Shown here: one piece after another, positions 48,639 through 57,737 of the stretch
Numbering within the stretch: the stretch's first letter is position 1
Layout: the number at the start of each line of letters is the position of its first letter
IMG/VR virus record: IMGVR_UViG_3300019472_000035
Coordinates: 1 to 64,000 of that record
Strand: one strand, 5' to 3'
DNA length: 64,000 bases
DNA from: a virus
Notes under the pieces: model-generated
Database searches by the model: none
Seen by the model: only the letters and a program-made list of their open reading frames with translations
Told to the model about the DNA's origin: nothing
Program-made: the position numbers and the translations under genes

Positions 48639-49432
48639 ACATCGCAGAACATTCTTTAAACGCAAACAAATTAGATATGCGTGTGGATGCAGACCGTGCA
48701 TATGTTGCCGATGTATCCGATATACACGTTGGGAACATTTATCACAACCGACAAAAGTTCGAGGAGTTTCTATCAAAAGTACAATCCATTGATAATCTGT
48801 ATTTGATTATCGGTGGTGATTCTACGGATAATGCAACCACAAGTTCCGCATCATCTGTATTTGAACAATCGGAACACGGTGGCGACCAAGTGTTGACCGC
48901 TTATCATCTGTTAGAACCGATTAAAGACCGTATCTTGTTTTGCCGTAGCGGTAATCACGGATATGAACGTGCGTTGAAGCACAATAAATTAATCCCAGAG
49001 CAGATGTTAGCAGAGTTGTTGGGTGTTCCGTTTTATCATGGTATGGCAAGTGTATTCTTTAATGTCAACAAGAATTTGTACGTTATTGGTACATGGCACA
49101 ACGCAAAGAAACCAACGGCAATGGAATGGTTACATACCGATATTACATTCTATGAACACTTGCATAAAACCAATTGGGAGAAAACTCATGTGGCAACACC
49201 AAACCGTATTGCCAAGGCTTGGTCAATGATGGAGCATTATGATATTCAATCTGGTTCATTCCTTGGTTGGGGCGGTTATTCCGCAGACAAGGGTTATCGT
49301 CCATTGGATTGTGGAACATCCATCGTAGAGTTATCTGGGGAAAGAAACAAGAAGTCAATTCGTGTTCATTCCGACATTGACCATGTATTGGAACTACAGG
49401 AATTGCGAAAGTGTGTACAAGATGCCACTTAA
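48602..49432 (+). CDS. Calcineurin-like metallophosphoesterase
   Basis: DVSDIHVG, GGDSTD and SGNHG motifs in the canonical order. The likely true start is TTG at 48635 after GGAGGAA. Confidence 0.7.
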   Translation: MHTIKRYGGTHLNIAEHSLNANKLDMRVDADRAYVADVSDIHVGNIYHNRQKFEEFLSKVQSIDNLYLIIGGDSTDNATTSSASSVFEQSEHGGDQVLTAYHLLEPIKDRILFCRSGNHGYERALKHNKLIPEQMLAELLGVPFYHGMASVFFNVNKNLYVIGTWHNAKKPTAMEWLHTDITFYEHLHKTNWEKTHVATPNRIAKAWSMMEHYDIQSGSFLGWGGYSADKGYRPLDCGTSIVELSGERNKKSIRVHSDIDHVLELQELRKCVQDAT

Positions 49433-49655
49433 GGGAACACGCAAGAAAACAACAAAGAAACCAACCAAGAATCAAACCAAGGTTGTTAAGCCAAAGGCTG
49501 CACCAAAACGTAAACGCAAGCCACCAAAGCCAAAGTCACCACTTGATGCCATTCATAAGAAATGTCGTGAATGTTGTTGTGGCACACTTGCGGAAGTACA
49601 GGCTTGTGAAATTGACGATTGTGCATTATGGCATTACAGATTGACGGAAGATTAA
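49422..49655 (+). CDS. Small basic Cys-rich protein (Lys/Pro-rich N-terminus, CRECCCG...C..C zinc ribbon)
   Basis: ATG at 49422; 77 aa. Confidence 0.5.
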   Translation: MPLKGTRKKTTKKPTKNQTKVVKPKAAPKRKRKPPKPKSPLDAIHKKCRECCCGTLAEVQACEIDDCALWHYRLTED

Positions 49656-49672
49656 TTTCTTCCGTCTTTTTT
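49636..49672 (+). terminator. Terminator ACGGAAGA ttaatt TCTTCCGT + CTTTTTTTATTTTG
   Basis: 8-bp stem overlapping the stop codon, followed by a T-run. Confidence 0.8.
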
Positions 49673-49750
49673 TATTTTGTTATTGACATAAATGTAATCA
49701 TGTGATATTCTTATATCAGAACAACAAATGATTAAACATCGGAGGTTCAC

Positions 49751-49885
49751 ATGAAAAGATGCTACAAGATACCACATGGGTTTTATTATATGGATGTCTT
49801 ACAACCGTATTTTGAACAGGGGTGGTCTTTAACAAAAGTTATACGTATCGGTCAAGATATGTCGGTTATTATTATGCACCCATAG
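49751..49885 (+). CDS. Small hypothetical protein (44 aa, below the ORF-track cutoff)
   Basis: GGAGGTTCACATG RBS then ATG at 49751. Confidence 0.45.
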   Translation: MKRCYKIPHGFYYMDVLQPYFEQGWSLTKVIRIGQDMSVIIMHP

Positions 49886-49895
49886 GGAGGAAATT

Positions 49896-50348
49896 ATGTT
49901 ACAATCAAAATATCTAACGGAAGATGGTTTAAAGTTCTTTTTAAAAAGGCTTCATGCAAAAGGATTTCGATTTTTGTTTTATGACCCAACGATAAATATT
50001 TATATTGCATCTGAACAAGAACCATGCTTTGAAGATGGCAAATATATGCATTGTTATGGAAATAAGAAAATTGCTATTGTGAGTCAATTGGAAACGGCTA
50101 TTATAGCAGAGTTATTAGAACAATATTTATATATTGAGATTGAAAAATACGTTGATTGTGTTGACTGGGAAAATGTTCCTGTGGATACAAAAATAATTGT
50201 GTCACATTCACCAAACAGTCCAGACTATTGTCGCTATTTTGCAGAATACAAAGATGGAAAAGTATATGCTTGGGGTTATGGTGCAACGTCATGGAGTAGC
50301 GATGTTAAATCAAAAAGCTGGTGGGAACACGCCAAACTGGTGAAATAA
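49896..50348 (+). CDS. Hypothetical protein
   Basis: GGAGGAAATTATG start. Confidence 0.55.
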   Translation: MLQSKYLTEDGLKFFLKRLHAKGFRFLFYDPTINIYIASEQEPCFEDGKYMHCYGNKKIAIVSQLETAIIAELLEQYLYIEIEKYVDCVDWENVPVDTKIIVSHSPNSPDYCRYFAEYKDGKVYAWGYGATSWSSDVKSKSWWEHAKLVK

Positions 50349-50349
50349 C

Positions 50350-50634
50350 ATGGCATACAAGGGATTTGGCGGTGGTAGAACACTACCAGACAAACGTGAG
50401 TATTTTTTAGAATATGGCGATGGGTTTGATTCTGTTTTAGACCGATGTCAAACAACAGTCGGTTGTCGTAAGTGTCACACAAAACCTGTTGCCATTGTCG
50501 AACATAAACGGTCAAAAGATTCACAATGGATTTATCTTGCGTGTCCAAAGCATCCCAAGAATAGAACCTATGTGAATCTGGACTATGATATCTTGTTTAA
50601 ATCTTGGGAATTACTACAGAGGAGGAAATTATGA
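50350..50634 (+). CDS. Hypothetical protein with a Cys4 zinc-ribbon-like motif (C..GC.KC ... C.KH)
   Basis: 94-aa ORF. Confidence 0.5.
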   Translation: MAYKGFGGGRTLPDKREYFLEYGDGFDSVLDRCQTTVGCRKCHTKPVAIVEHKRSKDSQWIYLACPKHPKNRTYVNLDYDILFKSWELLQRRKL

Positions 50635-50843
50635 AACGAAAAGCACAAACCAAACGATACATCGAGGACGACATTCTACGGATGATACGATTGGGTTCAG
50701 TTGTATTATTGCTTGGGTCTTTCATTCGATTGTTTTGGTTCAATGATTCTGACTGGTTCGCAGCAATGGTTATATCAATCATGTCAATCACATTGCTACC
50801 AACTAAGTTAGACCACCAACAGGAGGACGAAGATGAGATTTAG
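50631..50843 (+). CDS. Small membrane protein
   Basis: GGAGGAAATTATG start; hydrophobic VVLLLGSFIRLFWF. Confidence 0.5.
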   Translation: MKRKAQTKRYIEDDILRMIRLGSVVLLLGSFIRLFWFNDSDWFAAMVISIMSITLLPTKLDHQQEDEDEI

Positions 50844-51087
50844 CACGGCTTTTGAACATATGTTGAATGGTAAAGCCATTCGTAGATACCACTGGAAACC
50901 AGAGTCTTGTTTGCGACTCAAACGAGGGAAAATATATGTGTGTACATCAACGGAACACAAGTTACTACAAGCACTTAATGCTTCTGCTATTATGGCTTCC
51001 GATTGGCAAGTCCTTGGCGAAGAAACATACGCTAAAAAAGATGAAAGCATTATGCAATTCTTTGAAACTTTAAATCATACATTGTAA
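50833..51087 (+). CDS. Hypothetical protein
   Basis: CAGGAGGACGAAGATG start. Confidence 0.5.
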   Translation: MRFSTAFEHMLNGKAIRRYHWKPESCLRLKRGKIYVCTSTEHKLLQALNASAIMASDWQVLGEETYAKKDESIMQFFETLNHTL

Positions 51088-51105
51088 ACGAAAGTGAGAA
51101 AACAA

Positions 51106-52296
51106 ATGAACAACACAACAAAAACAACAATTTTATCCGCAGTATTCGCAATGGCAACAATGGGTGCGTTCGCAAATCCAGTTGCGTTTGGCTCTTTAGA
51201 ACCCTCTGCCGTAAACCCAACCGTTAATGGTTATAATTCTGTTGCCGTTGGTGCAAACACAAGTATTAATGGTACAAATACAATCGTTGTTGGTCGAGAT
51301 AATACGGTTAATGGTGACGATAATATCATCCTAGGGGGTGGCAACGGTACAATCACGGCAAACCAAACGACTGTACTTGGGTATAATAATTACGCTGGCA
51401 ATCATCAAGAACAAACCATTGTTGGTGCAAACAACACGTTGGATGCACAAGGTGCAATCTCCGTTGGTACACACAATGTTGTCCGTGGTATGGATGCCGT
51501 TGTAATTGGCAACAACGCATCTGCCCCAGTACAAAATTCTATTGCGGTTGGTACAAATTCTCAAACGTATGAACCTAAGGGGTTTGGTCAAATGGACATC
51601 AACGGAACAACACACGTATTCGCTGGTGAAAACCCTAATTCTACAGTTAGCTTCGGTTCTAAAAAGTCTGATACCTATAGCCACATAGATAATTATAGCC
51701 GACAATTGCAGAATGTATCTGCTGGAAGAATCCAAGCAGATTCTTTAGATGCAGTCAATGGTTCTCAATTGTATGCAGCCATTGATGAAATCAATACAAA
51801 CGGTACACGTATTACCAATCTCACCACACAGGTAAACACAATTAATGGTCGTGTGGCAACCAATACCGCAGACATCCGTGCAAACGAACACGCAATTCTT
51901 GACCATGAACAACGGATTACCACATTGGAAAGTCATGGTCAACAACTGTTGGGTGACATTGATAATAAAATCAATCAATTGGAACGTGGCACAAACCACG
52001 CTATTGCATCCGTATCTGCCCTAAGTGCATTACATTGGAATGGTTTCGATGCACATAATAAATTTTCTCTAAGTGCTGGCTTTGGTCATTACAAAAATGC
52101 AAACGCTGGTGCATTGGGTGCGTTCTATGCACCGAATGAAAACATCATGTTTTACGTTGGTCAATCTTTTGGTTCTGCTAAGGTAACAAACGCATCCGTT
52201 AATTTCAAAATCGGTAAAACAACGAATGTCAAACGTGATGAATTAAAAGAACTAAAAGAACGTGTTGAAATGTTGGAAAATCTATTGACGAAGTAA
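51106..52296 (+). CDS. YadA-like trimeric autotransporter adhesin-like protein with a signal peptide, head repeats, neck, coiled-coil stalk and YadA-type anchor, plus a 26-aa C-terminal extension
   Basis: Signal MNNTTKTTILSAVFAMATMGAFA. Repeats of N.VGANTSINGTN..VVG type. Neck DAVNGSQLYAAIDEIN. Anchor AIASVSALSAL...FSLSAGFGHYKNANAGALGAFYA...VNFKI. Confidence 0.65.
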   Translation: MNNTTKTTILSAVFAMATMGAFANPVAFGSLEPSAVNPTVNGYNSVAVGANTSINGTNTIVVGRDNTVNGDDNIILGGGNGTITANQTTVLGYNNYAGNHQEQTIVGANNTLDAQGAISVGTHNVVRGMDAVVIGNNASAPVQNSIAVGTNSQTYEPKGFGQMDINGTTHVFAGENPNSTVSFGSKKSDTYSHIDNYSRQLQNVSAGRIQADSLDAVNGSQLYAAIDEINTNGTRITNLTTQVNTINGRVATNTADIRANEHAILDHEQRITTLESHGQQLLGDIDNKINQLERGTNHAIASVSALSALHWNGFDAHNKFSLSAGFGHYKNANAGALGAFYAPNENIMFYVGQSFGSAKVTNASVNFKIGKTTNVKRDELKELKERVEMLENLLTK

Positions 52297-52336
52297 TATA
52301 CATGGGCGGTGTTAAACCGCCCTATAAGGAGATATA

Positions 52337-52702
52337 ATGAAGATTGAATTATATGGTAAAACCTATGAACTGAAGAAAACCGCAAAACCAGATGAGGTTA
52401 TCGACTTGTTGATTGATGCTATTGGTCAACACGAGAATGTAACACCTACTGATGTCTTATCAAGTGTAAAAGACCAATATATACATGGACTTGTACCGAT
52501 GTATATAAACTTAAGAATGGCATTAAGTAACGCTGGTGTAATGCAAAAGGAATTGGCGGATGTTCTCTGTATGACACCACAAGATGTCAACCGTAGGTTC
52601 TCTGGTGTCACAAAATGGAAACCACTGGAAAAACGTGCGATTGTGCAATTTTTGGAAGACCGTGGTTTTGGTTATACGGAAGAAATCTTGTTTACAGAAT
52701 AA
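52337..52702 (+). CDS. HTH DNA-binding regulator (XRE-like helix-turn-helix in the C-terminal half)
   Basis: MQKELADVLCMTPQDVNRRFSG. Confidence 0.5.
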   Translation: MKIELYGKTYELKKTAKPDEVIDLLIDAIGQHENVTPTDVLSSVKDQYIHGLVPMYINLRMALSNAGVMQKELADVLCMTPQDVNRRFSGVTKWKPLEKRAIVQFLEDRGFGYTEEILFTE

Positions 52703-52719
52703 TGTATGTGTGATATAAT
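52691..52719 (+). promoter_or_regulatory. Promoter TTTACA-N17-TGtgaTATAAT overlapping the 3' end of the upstream gene
   Basis: tttacagaataatgtatgtgtgaTATAATg. Confidence 0.65.
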
Positions 52720-52740
52720 GTATGTATTGGAGGTTTTATT

Positions 52741-53262
52741 ATGTCAGAATTTCAACAAGGTATGATTTTAAGAAATATTTGTAACGGTAAACATCGTGTA
52801 TATATTCAAGATATTCCAGATGCTGGTTATGGTAAAAACTGTATTGTATACTGTTTAGATACAGACAGATATATCGTTGCCGATGATACCGTATACAAAC
52901 CAATCGAAGACGATTGTCCAGTGGTCAACGTATTATATACTAAAGCACTTATGAATGAATCTTATAATGCATACATCCGTAATGCATCTGTTGGTGCAGA
53001 GTTTATTGCAGAGCAAGTGTTGAAACATTTCCAACAACTAATGGGTTCAGACTTAATCTTGACAGACGAAAGTACATTTATTGTACAAAGCGTTTGTATC
53101 AATAAAGTGTTGTCAACCGATTGGAAACAACATATTGTCTTTACTGGTGTCCGTCAATGTGGTTTTAAAACCAGACGACAAACCAGTGCTTTAAATGAGT
53201 TGCAACCAAACAGTATTCTATTGGATGCGTTATGCAAGTCAATCGAGGAAGTAGGCAAATGA
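52741..53262 (+). CDS. Hypothetical protein
   Basis: GGAGGTTTTATTATG start. Confidence 0.55.
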   Translation: MSEFQQGMILRNICNGKHRVYIQDIPDAGYGKNCIVYCLDTDRYIVADDTVYKPIEDDCPVVNVLYTKALMNESYNAYIRNASVGAEFIAEQVLKHFQQLMGSDLILTDESTFIVQSVCINKVLSTDWKQHIVFTGVRQCGFKTRRQTSALNELQPNSILLDALCKSIEEVGK

Positions 53263-53435
53263 AGAAGTCATTAGATAGACACGAGATACGACCAATCGTT
53301 GACACCCTAGAAACCATTGAACGTGACTTAGTGACGGCTTTAATGCTGCATGATGTTTCATACGACAGACTCTGTATGCAATATGCCGTTGCTGACATTC
53401 GTGACATCTTAAATGATTTACAATCGGAGGATTAA
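53259..53435 (+). CDS. Small hypothetical protein
   Basis: ATGA overlap start. Confidence 0.45.
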   Translation: MKKSLDRHEIRPIVDTLETIERDLVTALMLHDVSYDRLCMQYAVADIRDILNDLQSED

Positions 53436-53665
53436 TGAAGAAGTACGGTGGTTATACAATAGACAATGACGGAATTATGCACAAGGTTATGTCTATAGAT
53501 TCATACGATGATGCTTGCCGTCAATTACAGAAATTATGTATGGAACTTGAGTGTTACAAAACAGGATATGCCGTTGGTGAACACGAAGACCCAGATGGCA
53601 AGATTTTCTATTTTGAATACCTAGATGTGTATTGGATGAATGAATATGGAGAGTGGGTCGGTTAA
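53435..53665 (+). CDS. Small hypothetical protein
   Basis: TAATG overlap start. Confidence 0.45.
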   Translation: MKKYGGYTIDNDGIMHKVMSIDSYDDACRQLQKLCMELECYKTGYAVGEHEDPDGKIFYFEYLDVYWMNEYGEWVG

Positions 53666-53886
53666 TGTATTCAGTATATTGGGTAAAACCACAGAAACAA
53701 ATCAAAGAATACCACGGTTCATATGATACGTTTGAACAAGCGATGCAATCCATTAGAGATTGGTGGCGAGAAAACGATTATCGACCACGGTATTATCGTG
53801 TGATTGAACATGGTCAATCTTTTACGATTGATTATGGATTATACAATTGTTTTTATGAGATTGAGTATCATAGGGAGAAAAATTAA
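53665..53886 (+). CDS. Small hypothetical protein
   Basis: TAATG overlap start. Confidence 0.45.
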   Translation: MYSVYWVKPQKQIKEYHGSYDTFEQAMQSIRDWWRENDYRPRYYRVIEHGQSFTIDYGLYNCFYEIEYHREKN

Positions 53887-54149
53887 TGTATGTGCAAATT
53901 GAAGACTTTAACAAAGTCATTGATACTGTAAAGCAACAAGCCAAAGCCACGGAATCACAAGCATCCCTTGCTCGCAACCTAGATGAACTAGCTAGATTAC
54001 AACACATCCGCATCAACAGTTTAGAAGACCAATGTGACTTCTTGTTTAAACGCATCTGTAGAATCCACAGACAAATCTTTTGGTATTTAATTGCGGTTAT
54101 TGTTGTGAATGTCTGTGGATTGATTGCGTTTCATATGGTGACACCCTAG
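53886..54149 (+). CDS. Small protein with a coiled coil + C-terminal TM
   Basis: TAATG overlap; IFWYLIAVIVVNVCGLIAF. Confidence 0.45.
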   Translation: MYVQIEDFNKVIDTVKQQAKATESQASLARNLDELARLQHIRINSLEDQCDFLFKRICRIHRQIFWYLIAVIVVNVCGLIAFHMVTP

Positions 54150-54158
54150 GAGGTACAC

Positions 54159-54428
54159 ATGATACAAAAATACATAGAACAAGCCAAAGAAGTAATCGGT
54201 AACGTAAAAGCGACCGAAGAAAATTATACGTTTGAGGAATCAAGGGCGGAAGACATAGATTTCTATAGTGAATCCTTTTGGTCTTTGGTTACTTTAATCG
54301 AAAAAGCCACAGGTACTACACTTGCGGAAGACGACAAAGAGCCATTGATTATAACAGAGCGTTTTCCGTCACCAATGGATGATTTTATGGAGAGGTTACA
54401 TGAAAAGAATAGACAAAAACAAGGTTAG
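54159..54428 (+). CDS. Small acidic hypothetical protein
   Basis: GGAGGTACACATG start. Confidence 0.45.
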   Translation: MIQKYIEQAKEVIGNVKATEENYTFEESRAEDIDFYSESFWSLVTLIEKATGTTLAEDDKEPLIITERFPSPMDDFMERLHEKNRQKQG

Positions 54429-54570
54429 AACCATGGTTGATGTCGTGAAAGAGTTTGAAAAAGCCTATGAGAGTATGCCAATTCCGACATGGAATCAAAT
54501 CCATTTTTACAATACGGCTTTCCATGAATTAGTCAGAGTAATTGAAGATGATTTAGGAGAAAAGTTATGA
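54400..54570 (+). CDS. Small hypothetical protein
   Basis: GGAGAGG RBS then ATG at 54400. Confidence 0.4.
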   Translation: MKRIDKNKVRTMVDVVKEFEKAYESMPIPTWNQIHFYNTAFHELVRVIEDDLGEKL

Positions 54571-54749
54571 AGACTTCTACATTTGATAAAAAGTTTTGGA
54601 AAATTGTTGACGAAGTTTCAGAGCATCAAGAGGATTGGGAAGAAACTGGTGCAACGAATGATGATATGATTTGGATATACGAAAGAGCATATGAGGATTT
54701 AGTATCTCTTGTTAGTACATATCTAAATGATTTAAAAACGGAGAAATAA
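54567..54749 (+). CDS. Small acidic hypothetical protein
   Basis: ATGA overlap. Confidence 0.4.
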   Translation: MKTSTFDKKFWKIVDEVSEHQEDWEETGATNDDMIWIYERAYEDLVSLVSTYLNDLKTEK

Positions 54750-55415
54750 ATGCAAGTAACATTACAGAACTATACACCGCTTGATACGGCTGTACACGCA
54801 ATGGGTCAATGCTATGGAAAAACCCTTGGGGTGGATGCATTGGTGCGAGCCGTTCATAGCGGTCATTTATCACTATTGGAACACACGCTGGTAACATTCG
54901 ATATTGAAATGTCGCAAAAATGCCTTGCACAGATTACACGACACAGACATTTGTCTTTCACGGTCAAATCTACACGTGGCACAGACTTTGCGGATTCTAC
55001 ATGGTTTGATTCAACCGAACATCCAGAAATTACCAAAGACATGGGTCAACTCATGAATAAATTAATCGAAAATCAAATTCTGGAATACAGACGGTTGGTT
55101 GATGCTGGTGTGCCGTACCAAGTTGCAGCCTATGTGTTACCATTGGCAACCAATGTAACAATGACCGTAAGTGGTTCGCTTAGAACATGGATGGAGTATT
55201 TACCCAAGCGGTTATGCAAACGTGCATCTACGGAACACCAACAAGTGGCACGAGAGATTTACCACAAATTAAATGCGGTTTATCCATCGTTGGTAAATTT
55301 GGAGATGCTTGGGATGTGTAGCGGTTGTAAAGAAACCTCATGTGATTTTACAACACATAAGAAACAACCGAAAACACCTGTTGTTGTTGAATTACGGAAA
55401 TCGGAGGATAAATAA
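54750..55415 (+). CDS. thyX: Flavin-dependent thymidylate synthase ThyX
   Basis: ThyX signature ITRHRHLSFTVKSTR (RHR-x7-S). Confidence 0.8.
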   Translation: MQVTLQNYTPLDTAVHAMGQCYGKTLGVDALVRAVHSGHLSLLEHTLVTFDIEMSQKCLAQITRHRHLSFTVKSTRGTDFADSTWFDSTEHPEITKDMGQLMNKLIENQILEYRRLVDAGVPYQVAAYVLPLATNVTMTVSGSLRTWMEYLPKRLCKRASTEHQQVAREIYHKLNAVYPSLVNLEMLGMCSGCKETSCDFTTHKKQPKTPVVVELRKSEDK

Positions 55416-55690
55416 TGAAAATCTTGAAAAACATTCTATTGGTTATCATCGGCATTTTAAGCGGCATCGGTATCGTCTTGGTAGTCATGGCAACAAAACT
55501 TGCATGGCTTGCCACAGGGATTGCCTTTGTGTTATATCTATTACAATTCTATGTGACGGACTGGGGAACGGTCGCAATGATTTTTTGGATTGCCATTAAG
55601 TTATCTATTGTCTTGGCAATTGTCTTAATTATTCTTGCTTTGGGTAAAGTCTTGGTTGATACGGAGGAACGCAATGGAAAAGGTCTATAA
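55415..55690 (+). CDS. Small membrane protein (3 TM)
   Basis: TAATG overlap; highly hydrophobic. Confidence 0.5.
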   Translation: MKILKNILLVIIGILSGIGIVLVVMATKLAWLATGIAFVLYLLQFYVTDWGTVAMIFWIAIKLSIVLAIVLIILALGKVLVDTEERNGKGL

Positions 55691-55895
55691 TGTCACCTAT
55701 AGTGGCACATTCTATGGAGAAGCACGGATTACTGCTTCTAGTGAAGAAGAAGCATATGATATTGCATCTGGTTTAACCGACTGTTTCGACATAAACACAA
55801 TCACTTGTGACTATGATGTAAATGGTCAAATCGAAGAAGTTACTGTATGTGACATCGAAGAAGAAGAACCAGATTACGAGGAAGACTATGAGTAA
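55674..55895 (+). CDS. Small acidic hypothetical protein
   Basis: GGAGGAACGCAATG start at 55674. Confidence 0.45.
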   Translation: MEKVYNVTYSGTFYGEARITASSEEEAYDIASGLTDCFDINTITCDYDVNGQIEEVTVCDIEEEEPDYEEDYE

Positions 55896-56145
55896 AACAC
55901 ATGACTTTAAGCGTGGCGACCTTGTGTATGCCAATGGTTTACCAGCCGTTATATATTATGTGTCACCACTACAAATACGCATACTTATGTTAAAACGTGG
56001 TGACTTAAAGGCATATCGTATCAATCGTGATAGAATCCATGACCGATACGGCGGTGTTGCCATTGATTATATCACAGGTTCTGACTTAGAAAAGACCATT
56101 GATTCTGTTATGGATTTTTTACATAAGATTGGAGAAAAGAAATGA
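55888..56145 (+). CDS. Small hypothetical protein
   Basis: ATG at 55888 overlapping the upstream stop. Confidence 0.4.
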   Translation: MSKTHDFKRGDLVYANGLPAVIYYVSPLQIRILMLKRGDLKAYRINRDRIHDRYGGVAIDYITGSDLEKTIDSVMDFLHKIGEKK

Positions 56146-56576
56146 CCCCTCAATTCAAATGTGGCGACATTATCTCATGTGAATCTGGGAATACATGGAT
56201 TGTCGCCCAAGCAAGCAATGATACTGGGTGTTATTTTGGGTTTAATGCAAACTCAACGTATACATTGCCATATGAAAGACAAGATAATTTCAAGAAGATT
56301 GGTGAGTTCCCAATCAATTCCATACAGGATGCCATTGACGATGCCAAACGACAATCTCTTGATTTACAAACCCAAGTCAATATCGCAGTCAATCTAATGG
56401 GGCAACTGTTGGGTGCGAATGATGCATTACTATTGGTGTTGACCGATATGCGTGTTGACAAAGATAAAAACATTGTATTACTTCGATGTTCAGATGGCAT
56501 CGGTAGACCAGATAAATGGATGTCTGTGGTTGACATATGCGAAGACTATGGGGTAGACAAACATGGAGTTCAATAG
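56142..56576 (+). CDS. Hypothetical protein
   Basis: ATGA overlap. Confidence 0.5.
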   Translation: MTPQFKCGDIISCESGNTWIVAQASNDTGCYFGFNANSTYTLPYERQDNFKKIGEFPINSIQDAIDDAKRQSLDLQTQVNIAVNLMGQLLGANDALLLVLTDMRVDKDKNIVLLRCSDGIGRPDKWMSVVDICEDYGVDKHGVQ

Positions 56577-57081
56577 ACATAATCTATTGGTTCTCTGGGG
56601 TTTACCAGCCAGTGGAAAGTCAACCTTTGTGAAAGAACATGGGTTGACTGACTGGTGTGTATCATATGACCAAATTCGTGACATCATCGGTGGTAAACAT
56701 TATGCGTTCCAATATGGGAAGCTGCTGGTAGACCCAGATGTGGAACGTGCTGCACACCAGATGTCATTATACGCAATCTCATGCCGTATGCGTACTGGTG
56801 ATTTTATCGTGTATGACAACACAAATACATTACCACAAGACGTTCTAAACCAAGAGATGCAGTTGTTGAAAGACTTGTGTGATATACACGATTATACATT
56901 ATGGTATAAGCGGTTTGACACAGATATTGAAACGTGTCTAAAGCGGTCTAAAGAACGCTCACAGTATGAACCAACGGAAGAAGTCATGCGACAACAAGAG
57001 TTATACTTTAGAAACGCACAGATGCCATCGTTTGTACGCAATTTTGATTATAGTGGATATGATGGATTTTTACACAAGTAA
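56563..57081 (+). CDS. P-loop polynucleotide-kinase-like protein (kinase domain only)
   Basis: Walker A LVLWGLPASGKSTF, ...SYDQIRD..., DNTNTL, reminiscent of the T4 Pnk N-terminal kinase domain. Confidence 0.45.
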   Translation: MEFNRHNLLVLWGLPASGKSTFVKEHGLTDWCVSYDQIRDIIGGKHYAFQYGKLLVDPDVERAAHQMSLYAISCRMRTGDFIVYDNTNTLPQDVLNQEMQLLKDLCDIHDYTLWYKRFDTDIETCLKRSKERSQYEPTEEVMRQQELYFRNAQMPSFVRNFDYSGYDGFLHK

Positions 57082-57093
57082 AAGGAGTTAGTT

Positions 57094-57495
57094 ATGGATT
57101 TTCAAATCGGTGATGTTGTCATGTTTATGGGTCATGGCTATATGGTGGTTGATTTTGATGAAGATGTCAATCTATTGATTTTAACCGATGGTATTTCAAC
57201 CACAAGTGATGTAGATTATGAGGATGTTGTTAAAATCGGTCATGATGATACGTTTGAACGTGACATTATCAATAGAATTAAACACATCCAGTTGACACAC
57301 GAACAAGACTTGATGGAAAACAGATTACATTTAATTGATTGTATCGAAGCCGAAGATTTTACGCATAATGGCGACAATTATACCGTCACTAATAAAACAA
57401 AAAAAGACAACCAGTATTTATATTGTCAGATACATGGTAAAAATGGCTATGAGTGGATTCTCATGGAAGAATTATTGGATAAATTCTTTAAGTAA
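57094..57495 (+). CDS. Hypothetical acidic protein
   Basis: GGAGTTAGTTATG start. Confidence 0.5.
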   Translation: MDFQIGDVVMFMGHGYMVVDFDEDVNLLILTDGISTTSDVDYEDVVKIGHDDTFERDIINRIKHIQLTHEQDLMENRLHLIDCIEAEDFTHNGDNYTVTNKTKKDNQYLYCQIHGKNGYEWILMEELLDKFFK

Positions 57496-57524
57496 ACAAC
57501 TTTTGTAAATTTCAAAATAAATAC

Positions 57525-57552
57525 TTGACACAAAACTACCGTATGGTATAAT
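57525..57552 (+). promoter_or_regulatory. Promoter P1 AATACTTGACA-N16-TGgTATAAT
   Basis: Consensus -35 and extended -10. Its -10 lies in the left arm of a 24-bp inverted repeat (57531-57558 / 57585-57610). Confidence 0.7.
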
Positions 57553-57649
57553 GTAATCAACGACAGGGAAATAACCCCAAGTCAGAACATTATATCATAC
57601 GGTAGTTTTGTTTATCGTAATTAATCTTTAAAAATTCTCAAATTAATAC

Positions 57650-57677
57650 TTGACAGAATATGTCGGTATGATATAAT
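57650..57677 (+). promoter_or_regulatory. Promoter P2 AATACTTGACA-N16-TGaTATAAT (tandem with P1, ~125 bp apart)
   Basis: Shares the AATACTTGACA upstream element and ggtatgRTATAATG with P1. Confidence 0.7.
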
Positions 57678-57737
57678 GATTACAGAAGTTAGAAATTAGT
57701 ATTAGTAATGGGGTTTATCCCCTCTAGGAGGAACATT

